This document shows, in pieces, positions 1-8,047 of a stretch of DNA of 58,498 nucleotides. Numbering within the stretch: the stretch's first letter is position 1; every line of letters begins with the position of its first letter. The notes under the pieces are model-generated. The model searched no databases and had not been told where the DNA came from. It was given only the letters and a program-made list of their open reading frames with translations. The position numbers were made by a program, and so were the translations under genes. Origin of the DNA: Caldilineales bacterium. GTDB lineage: Bacteria; Chloroflexota; Anaerolineae; JAAEKA01. Location: positions 1 to 58,498 of the forward strand of contig JANWYQ010000006.1 of NCBI GenBank assembly GCA_025055015.1, read 5' to 3'.

Positions 1-1064
1 CGGTCCCGATGCTGAGTGGCCAGCGCGTCGAAGATCTGCACCAGCGCGGGCACGTCCTTGTCAATGAGCTGGTCCTGCAGGTTGATGGTGTTGGTGCTGA
101 TCACCACCCGACGGCGGTTCTGCACGGCCCACAGGATGGCCGGCAGCAGGTAGGCCAGGCTCTTGCCCGTGCCGGTGCCCGCCTCGATCAGCAGGTGGTC
201 GCCGTGGTTGAAGGCCTCGGCCACCGCGGCCAGCATCTCCACCTGCGGCGGCCGGTGCTCGTAGCCGGGGAAGAGCTGCGCCAGGGGGCCCCCCGGCTCT
301 AGGAAGGCCGCCAGCGCCTCCACGTCCAGCGGCTCCGGCTGCTCCAGCGGCTCCAGGGGCTCGGCGGGCCGCCATCCCAGCGTGGCTGCCGGGTTCAGCA
401 GCGGCAACAGGTCCTCGTCGGCTGCGGCGCGGCGTCGCGAGGGGCTGCTGCGAGCAAGGGCGATGCGCGCAGCGGCTCTCTCCGCAGCCTCGAAGATGGG
501 GCGCAGACTCCAATCGCTCTGGCCGGCCAGACGCACGATCTCCATCAGAGTCGGCAGGGGCAGGCGAGCGGCGACCTCCACCAGCGCCGGCAGCAGCTTG
601 GCCACGCACAGCGCGTCGGGCCCGGCGCGATGCGCCTCCCCCGCCTCGACGCCCAACCGCTTCGCCAGCGCGCCCAGGCTGTAGCTGCGCTCGTTGGGGA
701 GGAGGATGCTGGCCAGCTCGAAGGTGTCTACCGTCGGCTGGGTTAGGTTCAGGCCGGCGCGGCGCAGGAAGCCCAGATCGAAGGCCGCGTTGTGGGCAAC
801 GATCGGGGAGTCGCCGATGAAGCGTCGCACCTGGGGCAGGACCTCAGGAGGGCGCGGCGCTGCGGCCGCCTCGCGGCTGGTGATGCCGGTAAGCTGGGTG
901 ATGTAGGCGGGCAGCGGCCGGCCGGGGTTCACCAGGCTCGACCACCGGTCCAGGACCTCCTCCCCGCGGAACCGCACCAGCCCGATCTCGACAATGGCCT
1001 CGCGATCGGGGTTGAGGCCGGTGGTTTCCAGGTCCAGGGCGACGTAGGTGGTGGGTAGGGTCAC
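1..1064 (-). CDS. dinG: DinG-family ATP-dependent DNA helicase with N-terminal DnaQ-like 3'-5' exonuclease domain (5' part only; gene continues past window start)
   Basis: My reverse-strand translation from GTG at 1064 (GGAGGA upstream) reads MTLPTTYVALDLETTGLNP...VAHNAAFDLGFL (DEDD exonuclease motifs), then ...IEAGTGTGKSLAYLLPAILWAVQNRRRVVISTNTINLQDQL (helicase P-loop). It is absent from the ORF track because it is GTG-initiated and runs off the window. Confidence 0.75.
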   Translation of the reverse strand, partial: MTLPTTYVALDLETTGLNPDREAIVEIGLVRFRGEEVLDRWSSLVNPGRPLPAYITQLTGITSREAAAAPRPPEVLPQVRRFIGDSPIVAHNAAFDLGFLRRAGLNLTQPTVDTFELASILLPNERSYSLGALAKRLGVEAGEAHRAGPDALCVAKLLPALVEVAARLPLPTLMEIVRLAGQSDWSLRPIFEAAERAAARIALARSSPSRRRAAADEDLLPLLNPAATLGWRPAEPLEPLEQPEPLDVEALAAFLEPGGPLAQLFPGYEHRPPQVEMLAAVAEAFNHGDHLLIEAGTGTGKSLAYLLPAILWAVQNRRRVVISTNTINLQDQLIDKDVPALVQIFDALATQHRD

Positions 1065-1369
1065 GGCTTCCTCCGCAGCGGATTATACCCCGTGCGGCCT
1101 GCAGCGCAAACCGATCCCCGGTGGGCGGACTTTGCACGGCGCCCCCCTGATGGGTACACTACCGATGCAAATCCGTCGTTCCGCCGCTGTCTGAGGCCAA
1201 GTCCGGCGCCCGACCCAGACGCAGCCACGAATTTCACGAACTAGCCGGATGAAGCCCTGCACTCCCTCGTCTGAGCGTTCGTGCACTTCGCCGAATTCGT
1301 GGCGTGAGAGCTCCCGGGTTCCCCATGTCCACTCCCTCCCTTGCCTTTCGCTCTCGACGCTCCGACGTG

Positions 1370-2980
1370 ATGGCCACCCACGGCATGGTAGCCACCAGCC
1401 AGCCCTTAGCGGCGGTGGCCGGCCTGCGGATGCTGCTGGCCGGCGGCAACGCGGCCGACGCAGCCGTGGCGGCGGCCGCAGCCCTGGCCGTGGTGGAGCC
1501 CATGTCCACCGGCGTGGGCGGCGACGCGTTCGCCCTTTACTTCGACGCCTCGGCTGCGGCCCAGGACCGCCCGCCCATCACCGCCCTCAACGGCAGCGGC
1601 CGCGCGCCGGCCGACCTCGCCCTGGCGGACCTGCGCCGAGAGGGCCTGGCCGCCATTCCCCTGGACAGCGCGCACAGCGTGACCGTGCCCGGCGCCGTAG
1701 CCGCCTGGGCCGACCTGTTGGCGCGGCACGGCACCATGCCGCTGGCTGAGGTGCTGCAGCCGGCCATCGCCTACGCGCGCGACGGCTTCCCCGTCAGCCC
1801 GGTGATCGCTGCGGCCTGGCAGCGCAGCGAGGAGAAGCTGCGCCGCCATCCCTCCGGCCTGGAGCTGCTGCCCGGCGGCCGCGCGCCCCGAGCCGGCGAG
1901 GTGGTGCGGCTGCCGGAGCTGGCCCGAACGCTGCAGGCCATTGCCGAGGGGGGCGCCAAGGCCTTCTACCGGGGCGACTTGGCCCGGCGCGTGGCCGACT
2001 TCGTGCAGGCCCACGGCGGCCGGCTGACCACGGAAGACCTGGCCAGCCACCGCTCCACCTGGGACGAGCCCATCAGCGTTCCCTACCGGGGGCTGACGGT
2101 GTGGGAGTGCCCGCCCAACGGCCAAGGGCTGGTGGCGCTGCTGGCCCTGGGCATCCTGGAGGGGTTCGACCTGGCCGCGGCGGACGAGGCGGACCGCTGG
2201 CACCTGAGCATCGAGGCGCTGCGGCTGGCCTTCGCCGACGGCCGGCAGTGGGTGGCGGACCCGGCCTTCGTCCCCCTGCCGCTGGAGACCTTGCTTTCTG
2301 CGGACTACTTGGCCGGCCGCCGAGGCCTGATCCACCCGACCCAGGCCAACCCCAACCCGGCTAGCGGCGTGCCTGTGGCGGCGCCCTTCGCCCCGCAGCC
2401 CCTGCCCGCGGCCGACACGGTCTACCTGACCGCAGTGGACGGCCAGGGCAACGCCTGTTCCTTCATCAACAGCCTGTTCCACGGCTTCGGCTCCGGCCTG
2501 GTGGTGCCGGGCACGGGGATCGCGCTGCAGAACCGGGGCGCGCTGTTCAGCCTGGACCCAGGCCACCCTAACCGCCTGGAGCCGGGCAAGCGGCCCTACC
2601 ACACCATCATCCCGGCCATGGTCACCCACGGGCGGACGCTGTGGGCCAGCTACGGCGTCATGGGCGGGTTCATGCAGCCCCAGGGCCACGTGCAGGTGCT
2701 GGTGAACCTGGTGGATCTGGGCCTCTCGCCGCAGGAGGCGCTGGACGCGCCCCGCTTTTGCCTACTGGAGGGGGAGCCGGCGGGCCCGGTGGCGGTGGAG
2801 GCGGACGCAGGCGAGGCGTTGATGGCCGAGCTGGGCCGCCGTGGGCACCAGGTGCTGCCCGTGAACGGGCTGGAGCGGCTGGTGTTCGGCGCGGGCCAGG
2901 TGATCCGCCGCGACCCGGCCACCGGCGTGCTCATCGCCGGCAGCGAGCCCCGGCGGGATGGCTGCGCGGTGGGCTGGTAG
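1370..2980 (+). CDS. ggt: gamma-glutamyltransferase (Ntn-hydrolase, GGT family)
   Basis: ORF 1304..2980 with an in-frame ATG at 1370 giving MATHGMVATSQPLAAVAGLRMLLAGGNAADAAVAAAAALAVVEPMSTGVGGDAF, a typical GGT N-terminus. A conserved Thr-containing autoprocessing region (ADTVYLTAVDGQGN) is present. Confidence 0.9.
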   Translation: MATHGMVATSQPLAAVAGLRMLLAGGNAADAAVAAAAALAVVEPMSTGVGGDAFALYFDASAAAQDRPPITALNGSGRAPADLALADLRREGLAAIPLDSAHSVTVPGAVAAWADLLARHGTMPLAEVLQPAIAYARDGFPVSPVIAAAWQRSEEKLRRHPSGLELLPGGRAPRAGEVVRLPELARTLQAIAEGGAKAFYRGDLARRVADFVQAHGGRLTTEDLASHRSTWDEPISVPYRGLTVWECPPNGQGLVALLALGILEGFDLAAADEADRWHLSIEALRLAFADGRQWVADPAFVPLPLETLLSADYLAGRRGLIHPTQANPNPASGVPVAAPFAPQPLPAADTVYLTAVDGQGNACSFINSLFHGFGSGLVVPGTGIALQNRGALFSLDPGHPNRLEPGKRPYHTIIPAMVTHGRTLWASYGVMGGFMQPQGHVQVLVNLVDLGLSPQEALDAPRFCLLEGEPAGPVAVEADAGEALMAELGRRGHQVLPVNGLERLVFGAGQVIRRDPATGVLIAGSEPRRDGCAVGW

Positions 2981-3025
2981 GGTAGCGCTAGGCGGCGCCC
3001 ATCGAAACGTGCTGGCCCAGCGGAA

Positions 3026-3050
3026 GCCCCGTTCACGGGGCGCCGTTTCC
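3026..3050 (+). terminator. Weak terminator-like hairpin downstream of ggt
   Basis: GCCCCG-ttca-CGGGGC followed by gccgTTTcc. Confidence 0.25.
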
Positions 3051-3160
3051 GGGCCGGGCGACTTCATCGCCTGGCCCGGCAGGGGACGAAGGCCCCCGCC
3101 AGGTGTGATTGTCGGATTGAGAGGCAGGTAAGATCGGTTTCTCGCCACAGGAGGCAGACC

Positions 3161-5131
3161 ATGAAGACCGTTTGGCACGACCTGAAGGGATGGATGGCGA
3201 TCGCAGCAGTGCTGGCCGCCCTGGGCCTGGCCACCGCGGCCTCGGCTAGCACCGTCGGCAAGGTGGGCTACTCCGGCAACCCGGCCACCAACAGCGGCCA
3301 GACGTGCAGCCTGTGCCACAGCGGCGGCAGCGCGCCCACAGCGTCCCTCAGCGGACCTACCAAGGTGCTGCCCGGCTCCACCAACGTCTACCACTTTACC
3401 TTGACCGGCGGGCCGGCAGTGGTCGGCGGCCTGAACGTCTCGGCCACCCAGGGCAGCCTACAGGACGGCTCCGACACGCGGCTGGAAAGCGGCGAGGTGA
3501 CCCACGTGTGGCCCAAGGCCTTCAGCGGCGGCCAAGTCAGCTTCACCTTCACCTGGACCGCGCCGCCTGCGGCCGGCACGGCCACCATGTACGCAGCCGG
3601 CGTCTCCAGCGACGGGGCCAGCAACACCGACGGCGACGGCGTGCACAAAACCTCTCTGCCCATGACGGTGACCAGCAACGTGCAGCCGCCCAGCACCGTC
3701 GCGCTGCAGCAGATCGCCGCAGTCTCCTCGGTCACCGACATTCGCCACGCCGGCGACAGCCGCCTGTTCATCGTGGAGCAGCCGGGCCGCATTCGCATCT
3801 TCAAGCCGGGGGTGGGTTTGCTGTCCACCCCCTTCCTGGACATCACCAGTCGCGTGGACGCCAGCGGCGGCGAGATGGGGCTGCTGGGCCTGGCCTTTCA
3901 CCCCAACTACGCCAGCAACGGCTACTTCTACGTCAACTACACCGTGGGCAGCCCACGGCGCACCCGCATCTCCCGCTTCCAGGTGAGCAGCAACCCCGAC
4001 GTCGCCAACGCTGCCAGCGAGCTGATCCTCATGGAGTTCCGCCAGCCCTACTCCAACCACAACGGCGGCGCGCTGCACTTCGGACCCGACGGCTATCTCT
4101 ACATCGCCAGCGGCGACGGCGGCAGCTCCAACGACCCCGACGAGTACAGCCAGAACAAGTCTAGCCTGCTGGGCAAGCTGCTGCGCATTGACGTGAACAG
4201 CGCCACCGGCGGCCTGCCCGACTGCAGCACCTACGGCGGCAGCAACTACCGCATCCCGCCCGGCAATCCCTTCGCCGACGGCCCCGGCGGCCAGTGCGAC
4301 GAGATCTGGGCCTGGGGCCTGCGCAACCCGTGGCGCATCGCCTTCGACCGGCTCACCGGCGACCTGTGGATCGCCGACGTGGGCCAGTGGGCGTGGGAGG
4401 AGGTGGACTTCCAGCCTGCGGGCAGCGCCGGCGGCCAGAACTACGGCTGGGACTGCTACGAGGGCAACGCAGTCAACCCCAACGACCCCGCGCCCAGCTG
4501 TGCGGGCGCGCCGGCCAGCAGCTTCACCTTCCCCGTGCACGTCTACGACCACTCCGGCGGCAAGTGCTCGGTGACCGGCGGCTACGTCTACCGCGGGCAG
4601 AGCTATGCCCGGCTGCGCGGTCACTACCTCTTTGCGGACTACTGCACCGGCCAGATCTGGACCCTGAGCGGCAACCCCAGCGCGCCCACGCTGACCACCC
4701 TGGCCCTGGCGCCGGGCAGCTCCCTCACCAACCCCCGCACCTTCGGCGAGGACGTGAACGGCGAGCTCTACGTGGCCTCGGGCAGCGCGGTGTTCAAGAT
4801 CGTGGACCCCAACCCTGCGCCGGCCGCGCCCAACGTGTCGGCCGTGCCGGGGCCGGAGAGGACGGTCCGGCTCTCCTGGCCCGACGACCCGGCGGTGTGC
4901 AGCTACGAGGTCTACCGGGGCACGACGCCCTACTTCGACCCGACGTCGTCCGGCGCGCTCCTGCACGTGGTGGGGCAGACCGACCCCACCCAGTACGACG
5001 TGGCCAACGCCACGGGCGACCCCAACGTCAACGCCAGCTACGTGGTGCGAGCGGTGAACTGCAGCGGCCTGTCCGCGACCAACTCCAACCGGACGGGCGA
5101 GTTCGATTTCGCGCTGGTGCCGGGGTCGTAG
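3161..5131 (+). CDS. Secreted PQQ-dependent (soluble glucose/sorbosone-type) sugar dehydrogenase beta-propeller with an N-terminal Cys-rich CxxCH domain and a C-terminal FN3-like domain
   Basis: AGGAGG SD precedes the ATG. A signal peptide is present (MKTVWHDLKGWMAIAAVLAALGLATAASAST). Sugar-dehydrogenase motifs include LLGLAFHPNYASNGYFYVNYT and HNGGALHFGPDGYLYIASGDGG. The N-terminal domain carries QTCSLCHSGG. The C-terminal region has an FN3-like YEVYRGTTPYF. Confidence 0.8.
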   Translation: MKTVWHDLKGWMAIAAVLAALGLATAASASTVGKVGYSGNPATNSGQTCSLCHSGGSAPTASLSGPTKVLPGSTNVYHFTLTGGPAVVGGLNVSATQGSLQDGSDTRLESGEVTHVWPKAFSGGQVSFTFTWTAPPAAGTATMYAAGVSSDGASNTDGDGVHKTSLPMTVTSNVQPPSTVALQQIAAVSSVTDIRHAGDSRLFIVEQPGRIRIFKPGVGLLSTPFLDITSRVDASGGEMGLLGLAFHPNYASNGYFYVNYTVGSPRRTRISRFQVSSNPDVANAASELILMEFRQPYSNHNGGALHFGPDGYLYIASGDGGSSNDPDEYSQNKSSLLGKLLRIDVNSATGGLPDCSTYGGSNYRIPPGNPFADGPGGQCDEIWAWGLRNPWRIAFDRLTGDLWIADVGQWAWEEVDFQPAGSAGGQNYGWDCYEGNAVNPNDPAPSCAGAPASSFTFPVHVYDHSGGKCSVTGGYVYRGQSYARLRGHYLFADYCTGQIWTLSGNPSAPTLTTLALAPGSSLTNPRTFGEDVNGELYVASGSAVFKIVDPNPAPAAPNVSAVPGPERTVRLSWPDDPAVCSYEVYRGTTPYFDPTSSGALLHVVGQTDPTQYDVANATGDPNVNASYVVRAVNCSGLSATNSNRTGEFDFALVPGS

Positions 5132-5177
5132 GCGGGTTCCTCCCCTGGGGAGCCAGGCGCCCCCAGGCGCCGTGCGT

Positions 5178-6551
5178 TCACCGCTTGCCGTTCGCCGACA
5201 CCAGCGCCAGGAAGCGCTCCACGTCGTATAGGGCGGCTTGCGCTGCCGGCGACACCTGCGGCAGCACCAGGTCGAACGCGTGGTCGGTGTAGGGAAACTG
5301 CACCAACACCGCCGGCACACCCGCCTCAACCAGACGCTGGTACAGCCGCTGGACCGAGGGCCCCATGCCGAAGATGTCGGCCGTCCCCTGCAGCAGCAGG
5401 GTGGGCGGACAGTGGGGCCCTGCGCGCTCGATGGGCGAGAGCGCACGGTACAGGTCCGGCCGTTCGTCGGGCGTCCCGCCCATCAGCCAGGCCATGAAGC
5501 CCTGGCTGGCGCCGGTCCCTGCGGCCGGCGGCAACAGCCCGGCCCCTCGCAACAACGCCTCGATCAGGGAGGCGTACAGGGGGATGTGTCTGCGCCGCTG
5601 CAGGCGCTGGCGCAGCGCCTCGCCGTCGGCGTAGATCTCGCGGAGGTCGGTGGGGGGATAGAAGGCCACCACCGCCCGCACCGACGTGTCCGCCGCGCTG
5701 CCGTCCGGCTGCAGCTGGGGGTCGTTGGGGGTGAAGGCCGCCAGCAGCGCCAGGTGGCCGCCGGCCGAGCCGCCCATGAGCACGATGCGCTGGGGGTCCA
5801 CGTCGTAGGTCGCTGCGTGCTGCTTCAGCCAGATCAGCGCCCGCTTGACGTCCTGCACCATGCCGGCGATGTCGCTGGTCGGCGCCAGGGTGTAGTTGAT
5901 GTCCATCACCACGTGGCCCTGGCCGACCAAGCGGCGGAAGAGCGCCCGCGTGCCCATGTCCTTCTCCCCCACCCGCCACGCGCCGCCGTGGACGTAGATC
6001 ACGCCGAGGCCGCTGCGCAGCGCGCCGGCCGGCGGCTGCCACAGGTCGGCCAACAGGGGCTGGTCCACGCCTGGATGCCGGCCGTAGACCACGTTGCGCT
6101 GCACCGACGCCGGGGGATGCGCAAGCAGCAGGGGCGTCCAGCGGCGACGCAGGAACCGGGACCGCTGGGCAGGGGACACGCGCGCCTGCCAGTCGGCGCC
6201 GAAGGCCCGCTCGAAGCCGTCGTGCGGCGCCATGGCTCGCGCCGTGTAGTGGGCAGCTGCGGCTGCGCCGAGCGCAGCGGTCACGGCTATGGATAGATCG
6301 CGGCGCCGCAGGCCCAACAGCGCCAGCAGCCCGCCGGCCAAGGCCGTCAGCGGCGCCGCTGCCGTGGCGATCACCTTGAGCGGCCACAGGACCACCCCCG
6401 ACGTGTGCTGCCTCAAGTCGGTCAGGGTCAGGCCTCCCCACAGCGCTACGCTCACACTGGCTAAGCGGACCAACCCGGACATGGCCATACCCATTTGCGT
6501 CCAAAGGAGGCGGAGCCAGCGCTGGCCAAGCCGATACCGATCATCGGTCAC
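5178..6551 (-). CDS. Membrane-anchored alpha/beta hydrolase (esterase/lipase, HSL/arylacetamide deacetylase-like)
   Basis: HGGAW oxyanion-hole motif and GGSAGGHLALL nucleophile elbow (GxSxG). The N-terminal about 110 aa are hydrophobic (2-3 TM). The start is a GTG lying inside a palindromic repeat (ATCGGTCACCGAT), so the start is uncertain. Confidence 0.75.
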   Translation of the reverse strand: MTDDRYRLGQRWLRLLWTQMGMAMSGLVRLASVSVALWGGLTLTDLRQHTSGVVLWPLKVIATAAAPLTALAGGLLALLGLRRRDLSIAVTAALGAAAAAHYTARAMAPHDGFERAFGADWQARVSPAQRSRFLRRRWTPLLLAHPPASVQRNVVYGRHPGVDQPLLADLWQPPAGALRSGLGVIYVHGGAWRVGEKDMGTRALFRRLVGQGHVVMDINYTLAPTSDIAGMVQDVKRALIWLKQHAATYDVDPQRIVLMGGSAGGHLALLAAFTPNDPQLQPDGSAADTSVRAVVAFYPPTDLREIYADGEALRQRLQRRRHIPLYASLIEALLRGAGLLPPAAGTGASQGFMAWLMGGTPDERPDLYRALSPIERAGPHCPPTLLLQGTADIFGMGPSVQRLYQRLVEAGVPAVLVQFPYTDHAFDLVLPQVSPAAQAALYDVERFLALVSANGKR

Positions 6552-6590
6552 CGATTAACGGGCACGGTTCACCGCTCCCCGGCCCCCGCC
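6530..6590. repeat. TCACCG/GGTnACC-rich short dispersed repeat, copy 1 (contains palindrome ATCGGTCACCGAT)
   Basis: ccgataccgatcATCGGTCACCGATtaacgggcacggttcaccgctcc. It overlaps the GTG start of the hydrolase gene and lies 14 nt after the trkA stop. Confidence 0.5.
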
Positions 6591-7249
6591 GGCGAGAAGA
6601 GCTCGGCCAGCTGCTCCGCGCCCTTAGGGTTGGTCACCGCCAACACCTCGTCCCCTGCCTCGAAGACGGTGACCCCGCGCGGCACGATGATCTCTCCGTG
6701 GCGGATGATGGCCGCGATGACGCACTGTTCGGGGAAGCGCACGTCCTTGATCATCTGCCCCACCACGCGCGCCGTGGGCGGGATCTTCTCCTCCACCAGG
6801 GAGTATTGCCCGCGGCGCAGCTTCAGCAGGGTCATCATGTCGCCCAGGGACATCTCCTCCACGATCAGGCTGGCCATCACGTCCGCCTGGTTGAGGGCGG
6901 CGTCCACGTGGAACTTCTCGTCGAACAGCCACGCCGAGCGCGGGTTGTTGATGCGCGCGATGGTGCGGCCCACGTTGTACAGCCGCCGGGCCATGTAGCA
7001 GATGGCCAAGTTGTTGGCGTCGTTGTCCGTGGTGGCGGCTACCACGTCGGCCTGGCGGATGCCGGCCTGCTCCAGCACCGAGGGCTCCGCCGGCCCTCCC
7101 TCGTAGATCGCCTCCGTGGGCAGCTCGCGGTGGATGCGCTCCAGCACCTCGGGGCGGTTCTCGATCAACCGCACCCGATGGCCTTGGTCGAGCAAGGTAG
7201 CAGCGAGTTGGGTGCCTGTCCGGCCGCCGCCGGCGACGATGACGAACAT
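6569..7249 (-). CDS. trkA: RCK-domain K+ transport regulatory protein (TrkA-N + TrkA-C; KtrA/TrkA-like)
   Basis: MFVIVAGGGRTGTQLAATLLDQGHRVRLIE Rossmann GxGxxG, 226 aa, RCK N+C architecture. Confidence 0.85.
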   Translation of the reverse strand: MFVIVAGGGRTGTQLAATLLDQGHRVRLIENRPEVLERIHRELPTEAIYEGGPAEPSVLEQAGIRQADVVAATTDNDANNLAICYMARRLYNVGRTIARINNPRSAWLFDEKFHVDAALNQADVMASLIVEEMSLGDMMTLLKLRRGQYSLVEEKIPPTARVVGQMIKDVRFPEQCVIAAIIRHGEIIVPRGVTVFEAGDEVLAVTNPKGAEQLAELFSPAGAGER

Positions 7250-7261
7250 GAGCGCCTCCTC

Positions 7262-7945
7262 CTAGGCGAACAGACGCTTGCGCAGCGCCTCGATGCCCTC
7301 GCGGTTGGTGCTGATATGCAGCACGTCGCCCTCCTCGAAGGTCATCTCGCGCGAGGGCAGGCTGGCGCGGCCGGCGCGGGTGAGGGACACCAGGCCGCAC
7401 GGGTTGTCGCCGAGCAGCTCGCCGACGCGACGGCCATTCCAGTGGGACGGGATCACGATCTCGTAGACCTCGATCTCACCGTTGCCCGCCGAGAACACGG
7501 CGTGGATGGCGCCCAGGGAGAGCATCTCCTCGATGCGCTGCGCGCCCCAGCTGCTGGAGCTGATGTTCTGCAGCCCAAAGGCCTCGATGAGCGCCCGGTA
7601 GCGAGGGTCGTAGTTGCGCACCACGATGTGCGGCACGTGGTAGACCACGTGGGCCACGTGCCCCACCACCGCATTGAGCGCGTCGGAGTTGGTCACGGCC
7701 GCCAGGCCGAAGGCGTGCTCGATGTTGCTGCGGTGCATCATGTCCTGGGTCAGCACGTCCCCTTCCAGTAGGCGGCCCCGAAAGTCAGGCGGCAGGTTGT
7801 GGAAGGCCGCATCGTCCCGGTCAATCACGGTCACGTGGTGGCCTTTCTTGAACAGCCGATAGGCCAGCTCTGCGCCGACGCGGCCGCAGCCGACCACGAT
7901 GAACTGCTTAGCGTCTTTGTCCGGCGACGTCGTAGGGTGTTTCAT
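7262..7945 (-). CDS. trkA: RCK-domain K+ transport regulatory protein (second TrkA/KtrA-like paralog)
   Basis: FIVVGCGRVGAELAYRLFKKGHHVTVIDRD Rossmann motif, 227 aa. It sits 12 nt downstream of the previous RCK gene. Confidence 0.85.
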   Translation of the reverse strand: MKHPTTSPDKDAKQFIVVGCGRVGAELAYRLFKKGHHVTVIDRDDAAFHNLPPDFRGRLLEGDVLTQDMMHRSNIEHAFGLAAVTNSDALNAVVGHVAHVVYHVPHIVVRNYDPRYRALIEAFGLQNISSSSWGAQRIEEMLSLGAIHAVFSAGNGEIEVYEIVIPSHWNGRRVGELLGDNPCGLVSLTRAGRASLPSREMTFEEGDVLHISTNREGIEALRKRLFA

Positions 7946-8047
7946 AGGAGGCCTTTACAGAGAGTAGGATCGCGTGGTCACAAGTCCGTGCGCTGAGCTT
8001 TCTGCGTGGGTTGAGCTTGTCGAAGCCCACGCCCGCCTTCGACAGGC

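Noticed and set aside
1406-2689. 427-aa minus-strand ORF
   Set aside because: Antisense to the well-supported GGT gene. Arg/Gly/Ala/Val-rich low-complexity translation typical of high-GC shadow ORFs.
5132-5177. Terminator between convergent PQQ-dehydrogenase and hydrolase genes
   Set aside because: Only short GC stems (CTCCCC/GGGGAG with a 2-nt loop; GGCGCC direct repeats) and no U-tract. Too weak to call.
3458-5446. 662-aa minus-strand ORF and 3304..4164 / 4294..5292 plus-strand ORFs
   Set aside because: They overlap the PQQ dehydrogenase gene (antisense or out of frame). No domain-like motifs. Composition biased to Arg/Gly/Ala.
5238-6504. 352-aa (+) and 392-aa (-) ORFs overlapping the hydrolase gene
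   Set aside because: Shadow ORFs. The hydrolase frame carries the HGGAW and GGSAGG motifs.
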